The notes beneath the pieces were generated by a model. The model saw only the letters and a list, made by a program, of their open reading frames with translations. It was not told where the DNA came from and searched no databases. From the NCBI GenBank assembly GCA_964549615.1, contig CAZJVP010000020.1, positions 96,001 through 160,000 of the forward strand: a DNA stretch of 64,000 bases, read 5' to 3'. The position numbers were made by a program, and so were the translations under genes. Source of the stretch: an uncultured Thermococci archaeon (GTDB lineage Archaea; CAYQAE01; CAYVLA01). Shown one piece after another: positions 47,967 to 57,848 of this stretch; position 1 is the stretch's first letter; each line of letters starts with the position of its first letter.

Positions 47967-49472
47967 CTAGAGCATGTCGACGAAGGCCTGCAGCTCACGA
48001 TCTGAGTCGAGCCTAACCTTCATTATCGAGTGAATCCTGCAGAAAGCCTCGATCTCACCTGTTAGGTCTCCCGGGCTCGCCGAGTAGTGATTCGACCCGG
48101 CCGCGGAAATTAGAAGATCGCGGGGCGCGCTTATCTTAATGGGCGTGTTTGGCCACATCTTGCCCCAGACTATCTTCTCCCTTATGTCTTCGGTCATGCG
48201 CACTATCTGGCCCTTCCCGTACTGCATCCAGTATTCGCCGTCGATGCGCGTCAGCCGGGCAACCGTCACGTCCGAGGGCTTGCTGTAGAAGCCGACCGCG
48301 CCGCCGGAGGCCCCCTGGACTTGCCCCTTGATCCAAACCTCGGGGAGGCACTCGGATGCATGGGGTGAAAGGCAGGAATAGTAGATCGAGGCTGCTCCGC
48401 AGTTCGAGATTATCATGAGGTTGTCATCGACGTACTTCAGGTCCCCGAATAGCGGTGGCGACTCAGGATTCATCTGGTGAAGCAGCGCACAGGTCACCAG
48501 GCCCTTTACATCCCCCTCGCAAACCACGGGGATCGCTGGCTTGGGACCCTCGGCATCCTCCGGATACGGGATCAGTGCTGGGATGAGACAGGGCGTTACC
48601 CCGTATTCCACGGAGAGCTCTGGCTGGCATCTTATCGAAGCCCCCATGATCGGCTCACCGCCGGCCAATTTCTCCGAAAGGTCATCCTTGGCTGCAAGGT
48701 AGAGCGCCACTTCCTTCCTGAGCGATTCCTGCGTCAACATGCGGTCGTCGAACTCGATCTTGCATCCCAGCCTGCGAAGCCAGGAAATCGTCCTATCGAT
48801 CCGATTCGCCTCGCGCAATATCTTCTCTGCACGCCGTACCAAGCCCTGTTGTTCCTCCATGAAGAAGTCCCCGACCATGAAGCTCTTCAGCCTCGGTAGG
48901 TCGTCCTGAAGGTGCTCCATCCTCAGGCAGTACGAAGCACCCCAGAGGACCAGGGACCCCCGCGCCAGCCTAGAAGCCGCCGAAACGCCCCGTACCCAAG
49001 GAAGGATCTTTTCCGGCCGCCCCTGGAGCCGCTGATGCCTGAGCATGTTGTCGTTGGATGCGTTCTCCCAAAAGCTTGCGCCGGTTGAGGAAAGACACGT
49101 TGAGCCGGCCCACGCTGGATTATGTTCCGCGTACAGCAGCACGGGCAGATCCAACTCCCTCACCAGCATGATCGGCAACATCGGCTCCGTCCAGTGCCAG
49201 CAACCCAGTATGAGAGCCTCCGCACCCTCGGTTCTGAGGATACGCGCGGCCTGCTCCACCTCGCGTTTTGTGCGGAGACCGAACATGTCTTTCTCGGTCC
49301 ACCGCCTCCTAAGCCTCGACATCGGGTCGACGACCTTTATGCCGCTTCGCCTCAGGAAACTTGTCAAGGATCGATGCTTTTCGTGAAGATAGGCTTCGCG
49401 CTCCATGGCCAGTCCAGTGTCTCTCGGATCGGTGAAGGTGATCACGCCCACTACGGCTTTGGGTTCGACCAT
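47967..49472 (-). CDS. L-fucose/L-arabinose isomerase family protein
   Basis: WHWTEP, SIRCQPELS, CEGDVKG, SNCGAAS, VTVARL, GSNH. Confidence 0.85.
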   Translation of the reverse strand: MVEPKAVVGVITFTDPRDTGLAMEREAYLHEKHRSLTSFLRRSGIKVVDPMSRLRRRWTEKDMFGLRTKREVEQAARILRTEGAEALILGCWHWTEPMLPIMLVRELDLPVLLYAEHNPAWAGSTCLSSTGASFWENASNDNMLRHQRLQGRPEKILPWVRGVSAASRLARGSLVLWGASYCLRMEHLQDDLPRLKSFMVGDFFMEEQQGLVRRAEKILREANRIDRTISWLRRLGCKIEFDDRMLTQESLRKEVALYLAAKDDLSEKLAGGEPIMGASIRCQPELSVEYGVTPCLIPALIPYPEDAEGPKPAIPVVCEGDVKGLVTCALLHQMNPESPPLFGDLKYVDDNLMIISNCGAASIYYSCLSPHASECLPEVWIKGQVQGASGGAVGFYSKPSDVTVARLTRIDGEYWMQYGKGQIVRMTEDIREKIVWGKMWPNTPIKISAPRDLLISAAGSNHYSASPGDLTGEIEAFCRIHSIMKVRLDSDRELQAFVDML

Positions 49473-49640
49473 CAGGCCACCACGCGCCCACGGCCAAGGG
49501 GGCAATAAATATCTTTTTTCGCACGCGCTCGTTATTTTTCCAGACCATATCCGCCAATCGGTAAGTCAATGAAACCATTCATCGCCCCAGGCATATACTT
49601 ATAACTAACATCCGACTTCGTCGTCGCAAGGAGTCCAACC

Positions 49641-50672
49641 TTGACCCGGGCGCGCAACAACCTGCCGGCAACAATGATGCTCCTCGCAGCCGGTGCGTTC
49701 GTGGTGGTTCTCCTCGCGGGCTGGGTCGGCGGGAAGGGGTTCGTTAGGCGAATCGGCACGCTTTCGCCGGGTTACCTTCTGCTCGCCCTCTGCGTGGAGA
49801 TTTGCTTCATGCTTCTGGGAACGTTGAGATGGTCGATCATCATACGCGCCCAGGGAGGCAGAATACCAAGGGAGCTCCTGGCGATTAGCTTCTCAGGAGC
49901 CTTCCTCAACAACATCACCCCCGTATCCAGGACGGGTGGCGAGCCCGTCCGAGCCTACATGCTCAGTAGGGCAAACGGCACCACATTCGAGGAGGCAATG
50001 GCCACGGTCGTCGCGGACCGCGTCTTCGACATGGTTCCGTTCGTCCTGATCTGCCTCGTCTCTTTCGCACTCATCACGGCCTTCGGAGTTGCGCCCGGTC
50101 CCCTTGTGCTTGGTCTCATGTTGCTCGGTCTTGTCGCCGCGGCCGTCCTCTCCACCATCCTGATCGTGGCATCCCTAAGGAAGGAGGCGGGCGTGAAGCT
50201 TGTCCTGCTCGTGGTCGGAAGGCTTGAGCCGTTCGTGCGACGTTTCAGGCCGGGCCACGACATCAAGGCAGGGACTCTGCAGGTGCTCGAGAGGTTCTAC
50301 AGGGGCACCAGGAGCATAGCCGGTAGGAGGAGCGTGCTTGCCCGGGGGACCCTCATCTCCTTCATCCTCTGGCTAACCATAATCCTCAGGCTCAAGATAG
50401 TCTTCCTCTCCGTCGGTTCGGATCTTCCCCTCATCATAGTGAACGTCGTGGCCGTCGCATCCACGTTCTCCGGTTTCGCCCCCCTTCTCCCTGGCGGGCT
50501 AGGGGCAACCGAGGCAACGATGATCGCACTCTTCGTTGGATTCGGGACCCCAAACGATGTGGCAGCAACCGCCGTGCTGGTCGACAGGGTTGTATCGTAC
50601 TGGTTCGTGACCGCGATCGGCGCCTTAACCTCTGTCCGCCTATCCCTGAAACTCAGGGACGTGGAGCGATAA
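49641..50672 (+). CDS. UPF0104 / lysylphosphatidylglycerol synthase-like TM protein (putative flippase)
   Basis: RW, FLNNITP..TGGEPVR, DRVFD, PGGLGATE, DRVVSYW. Confidence 0.9.
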   Translation: MTRARNNLPATMMLLAAGAFVVVLLAGWVGGKGFVRRIGTLSPGYLLLALCVEICFMLLGTLRWSIIIRAQGGRIPRELLAISFSGAFLNNITPVSRTGGEPVRAYMLSRANGTTFEEAMATVVADRVFDMVPFVLICLVSFALITAFGVAPGPLVLGLMLLGLVAAAVLSTILIVASLRKEAGVKLVLLVVGRLEPFVRRFRPGHDIKAGTLQVLERFYRGTRSIAGRRSVLARGTLISFILWLTIILRLKIVFLSVGSDLPLIIVNVVAVASTFSGFAPLLPGGLGATEATMIALFVGFGTPNDVAATAVLVDRVVSYWFVTAIGALTSVRLSLKLRDVER

Positions 50673-50679
50673 GGGTAAC

Positions 50680-51177
50680 TCATCCAAGCTTCCTGGCAAC
50701 GACCTTGCGCAGCTTGGTGCCGCAGACGGGGCAAAAGACTCCCTGGCTGAAATCCCTCTCACAGGCCGGACAGGTCATCTTCCACTCGTACACTGACGCT
50801 ATCCCGCGGGTCCCTATCGATCTGTACCCGATTCCCAGGACCTTACACATATTCTGGAGCCCATAGTCGTCGGTCAGAATGACGGGGTAAAGCCCTGCCC
50901 CTCTCAGGTCCACGGCCAACGCGATGAGCTTGATATCCGTTTCGGAGAGTTCGCCGCCTATCCGGGCAAGCCTCCCCCTGACCAGCCTGACGCTCTCAGC
51001 GGAGGAATCCCAGACCCGCAGCCGCCCGGACTCGATGAAAGCGCCGACCAAGCCTGCAGCGGCCAGGCCACGGGCCTCCTCCACAACCTCTGGGACGGTA
51101 TAGTGCGCTGTCGAGGCAGTGGGAACATATCCGCTTATGACCGATGAAGTGTCCAAGACGAAGACCCGCGTCCTGAT
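50680..51177 (-). CDS. nob1: Nob1-like PIN-domain rRNA-processing endonuclease with zinc ribbon
   Basis: VLDTS, TVPEVVEE, LSETDIKLIALA, TDDYGLQN, CPAC..CPVCG; start uncertain (ATC 51177 or TTG 51240). Confidence 0.88.
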   Translation of the reverse strand: MRTRVFVLDTSSVISGYVPTASTAHYTVPEVVEEARGLAAAGLVGAFIESGRLRVWDSSAESVRLVRGRLARIGGELSETDIKLIALAVDLRGAGLYPVILTDDYGLQNMCKVLGIGYRSIGTRGIASVYEWKMTCPACERDFSQGVFCPVCGTKLRKVVARKLG

Positions 51178-51181
51178 GCGA

Positions 51182-52024
51182 CTATCCCCCGATCCTTTGA
51201 CGAAGCTTCGCCCAGAAAAGGTCCGGACGCAGCACAGCAAACACGGCTTTCGACTCCGACCTTCGGACCCTCACCTCATTGCCCTGGCCGGCGCGCCCGA
51301 CTACCCGCCCGTCCATCGCAAGGCAACACTCGTCGCCTGGAACAATGACTATCTCCTTCTCCGGCGAGACGACCAGCGGGCGAATTGGCCTGATTGCCCC
51401 AAGAGGTGCCACGACCATCGCATCCAAACCCCAGTCCACAACGGGGCCCCCGGCGGACAAGGAGTGTCCCGTCGAGCCGGTAGGGGTCGACACGATAACT
51501 CCGTCGCCCTCAAGCATGAAATCTCCGAGGGACTGGATGCCAACACTTGCCCGGAATATCTTGCCCGTTTTCGTTCCTTGAACCAGAAGCTCGTTCAACG
51601 CCGAGCCAAGCTTTTCGGCTCCTAGTCGGACCTCCACCTTCATCCGCGTAACCAACTCGAACTTGCCCGACGCAAGCCTCTTCAGCGACGGGAGCAGATC
51701 CCTGGGCTCCACCTGGCTCAGGAAACCAGTCCTTCCCATATTCACGCCGCATATGGGAACTGCAGAATCACCGAAGCACTGGACCGTGCGAAGAATGGTG
51801 CCGTCCCCGCCGAAGACTAGGACGAGGTCAACGAGGTCGGTCGCAGGATTCAAGCCTGCCAGAGAGGAAGATATCTTTCGGTTCCTTGCCGCTATGGCGG
51901 CAAGGAGGTGATCCTCGGCGAGCATCGATTCGACTTTGCCCTTCAGATAGGACACGGATTCGATCGCAAGATCAACAGCTCTGGGCGAATCGTTCGCCAT
52001 CATGCCCAGCTTCTTTATTTTCAT
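51182..52024 (-). CDS. nadK: NAD kinase
   Basis: GGDGTIL, GVNMGRTGFL, LNE, DGVIVSTPTGSTGHSLSAGGP. Confidence 0.95.
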   Translation of the reverse strand: MKIKKLGMMANDSPRAVDLAIESVSYLKGKVESMLAEDHLLAAIAARNRKISSSLAGLNPATDLVDLVLVFGGDGTILRTVQCFGDSAVPICGVNMGRTGFLSQVEPRDLLPSLKRLASGKFELVTRMKVEVRLGAEKLGSALNELLVQGTKTGKIFRASVGIQSLGDFMLEGDGVIVSTPTGSTGHSLSAGGPVVDWGLDAMVVAPLGAIRPIRPLVVSPEKEIVIVPGDECCLAMDGRVVGRAGQGNEVRVRRSESKAVFAVLRPDLFWAKLRQRIGG

Positions 52025-52085
52025 CAAATCCAACCTTCGCCAGACAGCAAGAGCGGACGGCGAGGCCGACCCATACCCGGGCCCC

Positions 52086-52102
52086 AAAAATATATTTATA
52101 TC
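52086..52102. promoter_or_regulatory. AT-rich BRE/TATA element between divergent nadK and aIF5A
   Basis: AAAAATATATTTATATC in GC-rich surroundings, about 35-50 bp before the aIF5A ATG. Confidence 0.6.
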
Positions 52103-52135
52103 TTGCTCGGGCGGCAGAGCAGGCAAGTCGGTAGC

Positions 52136-52525
52136 ATGGCCCGAAGGATCGCCGAAGTGCGGACGCTGAAGGTCGGATACGCCGTTATGATAGACGGTGA
52201 GCCGTGCAAGATCGTGAGCTACACAACGTCGAAACCCGGCAAGCACGGGGCCGCCAAGGCGAGGGTCGAGGCCATGGGAATATTCGACGGACAGCGCCGC
52301 GGCTTCATCTTGCCGGTAGATGCCAAGATAGAGATCCCGGTCGTGGAGAGGAAGACTGGCCAGTTCCTGGCGGAAATGGGCAATTCCATCCAGATAATGG
52401 ACCTGGGGGACTATTCTACCTTCGAGGTCCCCAAACCCGACATACCCGGCCTGACGCAGGGAGCCGAAATCGAGTACCTTGAATTCGAGGGAAGACGGCT
52501 CATCGAGCGCGCAAAGAGCGGGTAG
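52136..52525 (+). CDS. eif5a: Translation factor aIF5A
   Basis: SKPGKHGAAK hypusination loop, IDGEPCKI. Confidence 0.96.
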   Translation: MARRIAEVRTLKVGYAVMIDGEPCKIVSYTTSKPGKHGAAKARVEAMGIFDGQRRGFILPVDAKIEIPVVERKTGQFLAEMGNSIQIMDLGDYSTFEVPKPDIPGLTQGAEIEYLEFEGRRLIERAKSG

Positions 52526-52551
52526 GGACCCCTTCCTTCTGGGTTGGGCCG

Positions 52552-53514
52552 ATGAGAAAGAAGATAGAGGATGTCGAGATTTGGCCAGGCATGAGTGCCG
52601 CGGACGTCATGCGCGAGCTAGGTCGAAGCGGCGTATTCGGCGCAGGGCGAACCAGCAGGGCGACCGATATCCTGCAGAGTATGATGGAGTCGAATGCCAC
52701 CGTCTTCTTCGGCTTGGCCGGCGCGATGGTCCCCGCCGGCATGAGGCGCCTCGTTGCCGACATGGTTCGCGACGGAATGATCGACATCCTCGTCTCAACC
52801 GGGGCAAACGTCACACACGACCTCATGTGCGCCTTCGGGATAGCGCGCTGGCGTGACATCCGCTACTCCAGCGATGCTCAGCTGAGGCGCAGGGGCGTGA
52901 GCCGAATCCTCGAGGCGTTCATTGACGAGGAGGGCTTCGCGACCTTTGAGAAGAGGATAACCGAGCTGCTTGAGCTCTGCGTCGGCAGCAAGGGCGAATC
53001 CAAGATCTCGCCGAGCGAACTGTTGCGCGAGATCGGCCTGCATGTCGAGGATGAGTGTTCAATCGTCGCCAGCGCGGCAAAGGCGGGGGTACCCATCTTC
53101 GTTCCAGCATTCACCGACTCGATTCTTGGAATGCACACCTACTTTTACTCTCAAGCCCATCCGCTGGCACTGGACGTGCTCAAGGACTTGGGCAAGATCA
53201 TCGACCTGGCATACAGGGCTGAGCCATCGGGCGCAGTCCTAGTCGGGGGAGGAGTGCCCAAGAACTTCATCTTTCAAAGCAAGCTGGTGGCCCCGAAGGG
53301 CTTCGACTACTCGATCCAGATCACGACCGATAGGCCCGAGCCCGGCGGCCTTTCAGGAGCCACCCTGGAGGAGGCCATCTCCTGGGGAAAGGTCGACCCG
53401 AGAGCCCGGACCGTAACGGTTCACGGGGATGCCACCGTTTTCCTTCCGCTCATGGTCGCAGCCGTCCGCGAAAGGCTGGGCACCAAGCTCCCGCGCAGGG
53501 GAAAGCGTCCATGA
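52552..53514 (+). CDS. dys: Deoxyhypusine synthase
   Basis: STGANVTHD, PAFTDS, GGGVPKN, GGLSGATLEEAISWGK; adjacent to its substrate gene. Confidence 0.95.
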   Translation: MRKKIEDVEIWPGMSAADVMRELGRSGVFGAGRTSRATDILQSMMESNATVFFGLAGAMVPAGMRRLVADMVRDGMIDILVSTGANVTHDLMCAFGIARWRDIRYSSDAQLRRRGVSRILEAFIDEEGFATFEKRITELLELCVGSKGESKISPSELLREIGLHVEDECSIVASAAKAGVPIFVPAFTDSILGMHTYFYSQAHPLALDVLKDLGKIIDLAYRAEPSGAVLVGGGVPKNFIFQSKLVAPKGFDYSIQITTDRPEPGGLSGATLEEAISWGKVDPRARTVTVHGDATVFLPLMVAAVRERLGTKLPRRGKRP

Positions 53515-54722
53515 AGTACCTTGTCCTCATCCCCGACGGCATGGCCGATTACCCTCTTCGCCAACTATCTTGGCGAACGCCCTTGATGGCTGCCCGGGCC
53601 CCGAACATCAAGTCCCTAGGGTTCCGCGGCAGGATGGGACTCTACCGAAGCGTGCCGAAAGGATGTCAGGCGGGAAGCGATGTCGCCATCATGTCCATCA
53701 TGGGGTACGACCCAACCACGCAGCTCACCGGAAGGGGGGCAATCGAATCGGCCGCTCTCGGGATCGAGCTAGCGGAGGATGAGATAGCATTCAGATGCAA
53801 TCTCGTGACGTGCCGCCGCGGCCGCATATCAGACTACTCGGCGGGGTACATCAGCAGCACGGAAGGCAAGGCACTGATCCTCGCGCTGAATGAAAGGCTT
53901 GGAGACGAGGACGTGAGATTTCACCCTGGAAAGAGCTTCCGGAACATACTGGTGTTGAGAGGCCGGGAGTACTCGGACGACTTGGCCACCACGCCCCCGC
54001 ACGACATCGTTGGGCAGGCCTTCCAGCGCTACCTTCCCAACGCGCGATCGGGCGCCGCAAAGCGGACCGAAGAGAAGGTGAGGAACCTGATACTGGCCTC
54101 CAGGGATGTTCTGGCCGACCACCCAGTCAACCGGAGGAGGCAAAAGGAGGGGTCAAACCCCGGGAACATGATCTGGCCTTGGAGCCCGGGGCACCGCCTG
54201 AGCTTGATGCCGTTTGAGGAGATATGGGGCATGAGGTCCGCTGCCGTGGGGGCCGTGGACACCATAAAGGGTCTTGCGAGGAGCGCCGGGATGCTGGTGC
54301 CCGACGTTCCGGGGGCCACGGGCTTCGTGGACACCGACTACGAGGCCAAGGCCCGCGCTGCCCTGGACGCGTTGCGGACCTGTGAGGTCGCGTTCGTTCA
54401 TGTCGAGGGCATCGATGAGATGGGGCACTCAGGCGATTTCAAAGGAAAGATGAAGGCGATCGAGGACTTCGATTCGCGTCTGGTTGGAAACCTGTTTGCT
54501 GGCATGGACTCCCGGGGCTGGGAATACGACGTCGCGGTGATCCCCGACCACTATACCCCTTGCACGGTCCGCACCCATGTGAGGGATCCGACTCCCTTCG
54601 TCATCGCTGGGAAGACGTCTGCACCCACGAGGAAGATCGAGTTCAACGAAGAGAACGCGAAGCTGGGAGACCTTGGAACGTTGAAGGGCGACGAGTTCAT
54701 GCGCCACGTCCTCAAGGACTAG
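53511..54722 (+). CDS. apgM: Cofactor-independent phosphoglycerate mutase, archaeal type
   Basis: DGMAD, GSDVA, AFRCNL, HVEGIDEMGH, PDHYTP, TH. Confidence 0.92.
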   Translation: MKYLVLIPDGMADYPLRQLSWRTPLMAARAPNIKSLGFRGRMGLYRSVPKGCQAGSDVAIMSIMGYDPTTQLTGRGAIESAALGIELAEDEIAFRCNLVTCRRGRISDYSAGYISSTEGKALILALNERLGDEDVRFHPGKSFRNILVLRGREYSDDLATTPPHDIVGQAFQRYLPNARSGAAKRTEEKVRNLILASRDVLADHPVNRRRQKEGSNPGNMIWPWSPGHRLSLMPFEEIWGMRSAAVGAVDTIKGLARSAGMLVPDVPGATGFVDTDYEAKARAALDALRTCEVAFVHVEGIDEMGHSGDFKGKMKAIEDFDSRLVGNLFAGMDSRGWEYDVAVIPDHYTPCTVRTHVRDPTPFVIAGKTSAPTRKIEFNEENAKLGDLGTLKGDEFMRHVLKD

Positions 54723-55398
54723 GTCCGGCCTTTCTGCGGAGGTGTGCCCGATTGATGAGGTACTCCCCGCGGGACGTCTCCCACCTGACCTCAGCCGAGT
54801 CGATGACGATCCTGCTGGAGAAGAGAGGACAGTCCAAGACGACGGTTTCCGCCTCACCCCCCTCGAAGGAGATGTTAATGAGCCTCTTGGACCGAAGCTT
54901 CTTCAGGTCGTCTATCGTTGCCGCGTCGATGGTCCTACCCAGCCACTCGGGACCCATGCCGTCGGCGTAGACGCCGACGATCATTATGCAGTACGAATCC
55001 TGAAGCATCCGTCTGAGAAGGAGCTCAGGGTTCGACCCCCACAGAGGGGCAAGGACCGCAAGCCCAAGCTCTTCGCAGACGCTGGTCACCCTTGCGAGCT
55101 GGTAGTTTGACGCCACCGTCCCCGTGAGCACTCCATCCACATCAAGCCGACTCAGAGCCTCCTTGAGATCGGACAGCTCCTCCTCCTTGATGCCCGAGCT
55201 GTTCTGGCAAATGTGGCGGATGCCCATCGATGCGGTCTGCAGACGCGTGAGCCACAGATTGGGCACGTGGAACATGTATGAGTCATCCCGCTGCGGGAAT
55301 ATCGTCACGGCGTAGGGCACCTCATGCCCAGCCTCTAGGGCCCGCTGAATCGAATGCACGCTGTCCTTCCCCCCGGAGAGCAGCGAGGCAAGGCGCAT
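54712..55398 (-). CDS. Diphthine--ammonia ligase (Dph6 family)
   Basis: PP-loop SGGKDS, SYMFH, PLW, EGGEAETVVLDCPLF. Confidence 0.92.
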   Translation of the reverse strand: MRLASLLSGGKDSVHSIQRALEAGHEVPYAVTIFPQRDDSYMFHVPNLWLTRLQTASMGIRHICQNSSGIKEEELSDLKEALSRLDVDGVLTGTVASNYQLARVTSVCEELGLAVLAPLWGSNPELLLRRMLQDSYCIMIVGVYADGMGPEWLGRTIDAATIDDLKKLRSKRLINISFEGGEAETVVLDCPLFSSRIVIDSAEVRWETSRGEYLINRAHLRRKAGPSP

Positions 55399-55404
55399 GG
55401 CCCA

Positions 55405-56127
55405 TCAATCCCTGTCCCAGATGTATCGGTCCTTTTCCTTCCGCGTCTCGCAGATCTTGACGAAGTTCTTCTCGACCTGCTCCCAGTCCCGCTCGTAGAT
55501 GTGCAAGGCGGAGCTGATGTCCACGTAACGGCCGACCTCATACCCCAGTTTGTCGGCGAGCATCTTCTGCATCTTCGTGAAGGCGTACACGTTCAACCAC
55601 CACGCCTTCCAGAGGTCCCTGGACCTCCAATATGTGTGGAACTCAAGGCGTCCATCCACAACCCTGCACCATACCCTCTGCAAGCATGGCGGGTCGTCCT
55701 TCCACGGATCATGCACCGGAAGCCATGTGATCGCCTGAGCCCTTCTGGTGTGGGGGGCCTTTGACAGCTTCTTGACTATGTAGTCAACCTGGTCTATGAA
55801 CGGCGGCTGCGGATAGCCGTCCACGCCCGCGGGGTACCCGAAGAGCCTCTGATGGTAGGTGTACCACCAATCCTTGCCAACCCTGTGGTCCTCGATGCCC
55901 TCAAGGATCTCCCGCGTGTAGCTATCCTTAACGTGCCAAGCGAAGGCCGCCCTATGGATGATTGGCTGGCTCATGGGATCGGTTACCTCTATGCAACCGA
56001 TGACATCCTTCGACCTCTCGCCGTACTCCGTGGGAACTATCGACCCCTTCCTCCAGGTGTGGAGGACCGCTGCCTCCCACGCGCGGCCAATGCTCGTTTC
56101 CGATATGCACATGAATCGGTCAGACAT
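55405..56127 (-). CDS. thyA: Thymidylate synthase, archaeal ThyA type
   Basis: YTYHQRL, DQVDY, TRRA, PPCLQ, RSRD, SALHIYE. Confidence 0.88.
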   Translation of the reverse strand: MSDRFMCISETSIGRAWEAAVLHTWRKGSIVPTEYGERSKDVIGCIEVTDPMSQPIIHRAAFAWHVKDSYTREILEGIEDHRVGKDWWYTYHQRLFGYPAGVDGYPQPPFIDQVDYIVKKLSKAPHTRRAQAITWLPVHDPWKDDPPCLQRVWCRVVDGRLEFHTYWRSRDLWKAWWLNVYAFTKMQKMLADKLGYEVGRYVDISSALHIYERDWEQVEKNFVKICETRKEKDRYIWDRD

Positions 56128-56172
56128 TCGATCAGCTCACGACTCCTCTAACACCTCGAAGTCCGTTCCAAG

Positions 56173-57699
56173 CTACTCGGACCTGCGTCTCGGCCTTGCA
56201 TAGAACAGGGATTGAAACAGCATGAGAACCGGCAGTATCTCAAGCCTGCCCACCCACATGTTCATTATTAGCATCGCCTCAGCCACCGGATTCATTCCGG
56301 CCCGGGTTATCCCAACGGATAGGCCCACATTCCCCTGCGCTGAACAAACCTCGAAGAACACATCGCTAGCGGGAACGTCGGGGCCCACAGCGTGCAACAG
56401 CACGATGACCCCGACAAGGAGCAGGACCAAGTACATGAAAGAGAGGGTGGCCGCTTCCAGCACGACGCGGGAGGTTTCTTCCTCCGACAGCATGACTTTT
56501 CCCAGCTTCTTCGGCACATAGCCACCCGACGGCATGAAAGTCTCCATGAACTTCCATCCTGCCCCCTTGGTTATCAGGACCAGCCTGACAAGTTTTATGC
56601 CCCCGCACGTTGAACCGGCCGCGGCCCCTGCAACCATGGCCATGGAAAGAAGGATCTTCGCAGATGGCGTCCAGTTGCCAAGATGGGCGCTCTGGAATCC
56701 CGCGGTGGCGATGCCGGAAACGAACTGGAAGGACGACACTCGAAGCGCCCTTGAAAATGCTCCTGAGACCGGCCCCCCAAAGTAAAGCTCAGCCGTCAGC
56801 AATGCGATCCCGAGAATGCACAGGGTAAACAGCACCTTGTTCTGCACGTCCTCGACAAGCTCGCGAAGGCGGCCGCGGAAAACGCGATCGTGAACCACGA
56901 AGGAGATTGCACCCATCAAAACAAGGCCCATTATCGCCAGCTCAAGTGCTGGATTGCCGTAGCTCCCGATGCTGCCGTTCTTGACGGAGAACCCGCCGGT
57001 AGCGAGCGCCGTCATCCCATGATTTATCGAGTCCCACAACGGCATGCCCAAGGCGAAGAGAATGCCCACCCCCGCGATCGTGTAGATGGCATATATCCTC
57101 CACATCTGCCTTACCGTGCCCACTATCCTCGGCTCAAGCCTATCGGTCCTTCCCTCCCCCGCATACAGCTCGAAGGCGCCGGTGCCCGGCCTAGCCAAGA
57201 TGACCAACATCAGGACTATGATGCCCATGCCCCCCACCCATTCCATCAGGCTCCTCCAGAACTGGATGCTGCGGGGGAGCAGCTCCTGGCTCACCGCCAC
57301 CGAAAGGCCGGTCGCCGTCCAGCCGGACATGGCCTCGAAGTAACAATCCAGCGGCGTCATGTTCAAGATGAGTTCCGACCCTGAGGGCAGCGATCGCGCG
57401 GCCATGGCGAACGGTATCGCGCCGAACGCTGGAACGATCAGCCAGCATATCGCGGCCCCCATCATCCCGTGTTTGGTCCTCGCATCCGACGATCGCCTGA
57501 AGGGTAGATACAGAGCCAGACCAGCAATGAAAGACAGACCCGAACCAAGCAGGAAGCCTGGAGCGACGAAGGGCTCAGCGAATACGACGCACACGATCAA
57601 AGGAACGAGCATGACCGGTGCGGAAAGGATCAGGACTCTACCGACTATGTTGGAGAGTATTCCGAGATCCCGCCTCTGCACCAAGAGATGGCCTGCCAA
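56173..57699 (-). CDS. trkH: TrkH family potassium uptake membrane protein
   Basis: FEAMSGWTATGLS, WVGGMG, ATGGFS, GSTCGGIK, SAQGNVGLS, GRLE. Confidence 0.95.
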   Translation of the reverse strand: MAGHLLVQRRDLGILSNIVGRVLILSAPVMLVPLIVCVVFAEPFVAPGFLLGSGLSFIAGLALYLPFRRSSDARTKHGMMGAAICWLIVPAFGAIPFAMAARSLPSGSELILNMTPLDCYFEAMSGWTATGLSVAVSQELLPRSIQFWRSLMEWVGGMGIIVLMLVILARPGTGAFELYAGEGRTDRLEPRIVGTVRQMWRIYAIYTIAGVGILFALGMPLWDSINHGMTALATGGFSVKNGSIGSYGNPALELAIMGLVLMGAISFVVHDRVFRGRLRELVEDVQNKVLFTLCILGIALLTAELYFGGPVSGAFSRALRVSSFQFVSGIATAGFQSAHLGNWTPSAKILLSMAMVAGAAAGSTCGGIKLVRLVLITKGAGWKFMETFMPSGGYVPKKLGKVMLSEEETSRVVLEAATLSFMYLVLLLVGVIVLLHAVGPDVPASDVFFEVCSAQGNVGLSVGITRAGMNPVAEAMLIMNMWVGRLEILPVLMLFQSLFYARPRRRSE

Positions 57700-57848
57700 G
57701 AACCAGCTCCCGCGATGCGGTGGGCTGACTCTCTTTTATCTCTTTGTGCGGGTGCCTCTCGGCCTACTATGCGGCCACGAACCCGGGAGGACCCGGATAT
57801 GCAGGCAATTAATAAACGGATGGCCGATCCGGTGCGTGAGGGCGGGCG

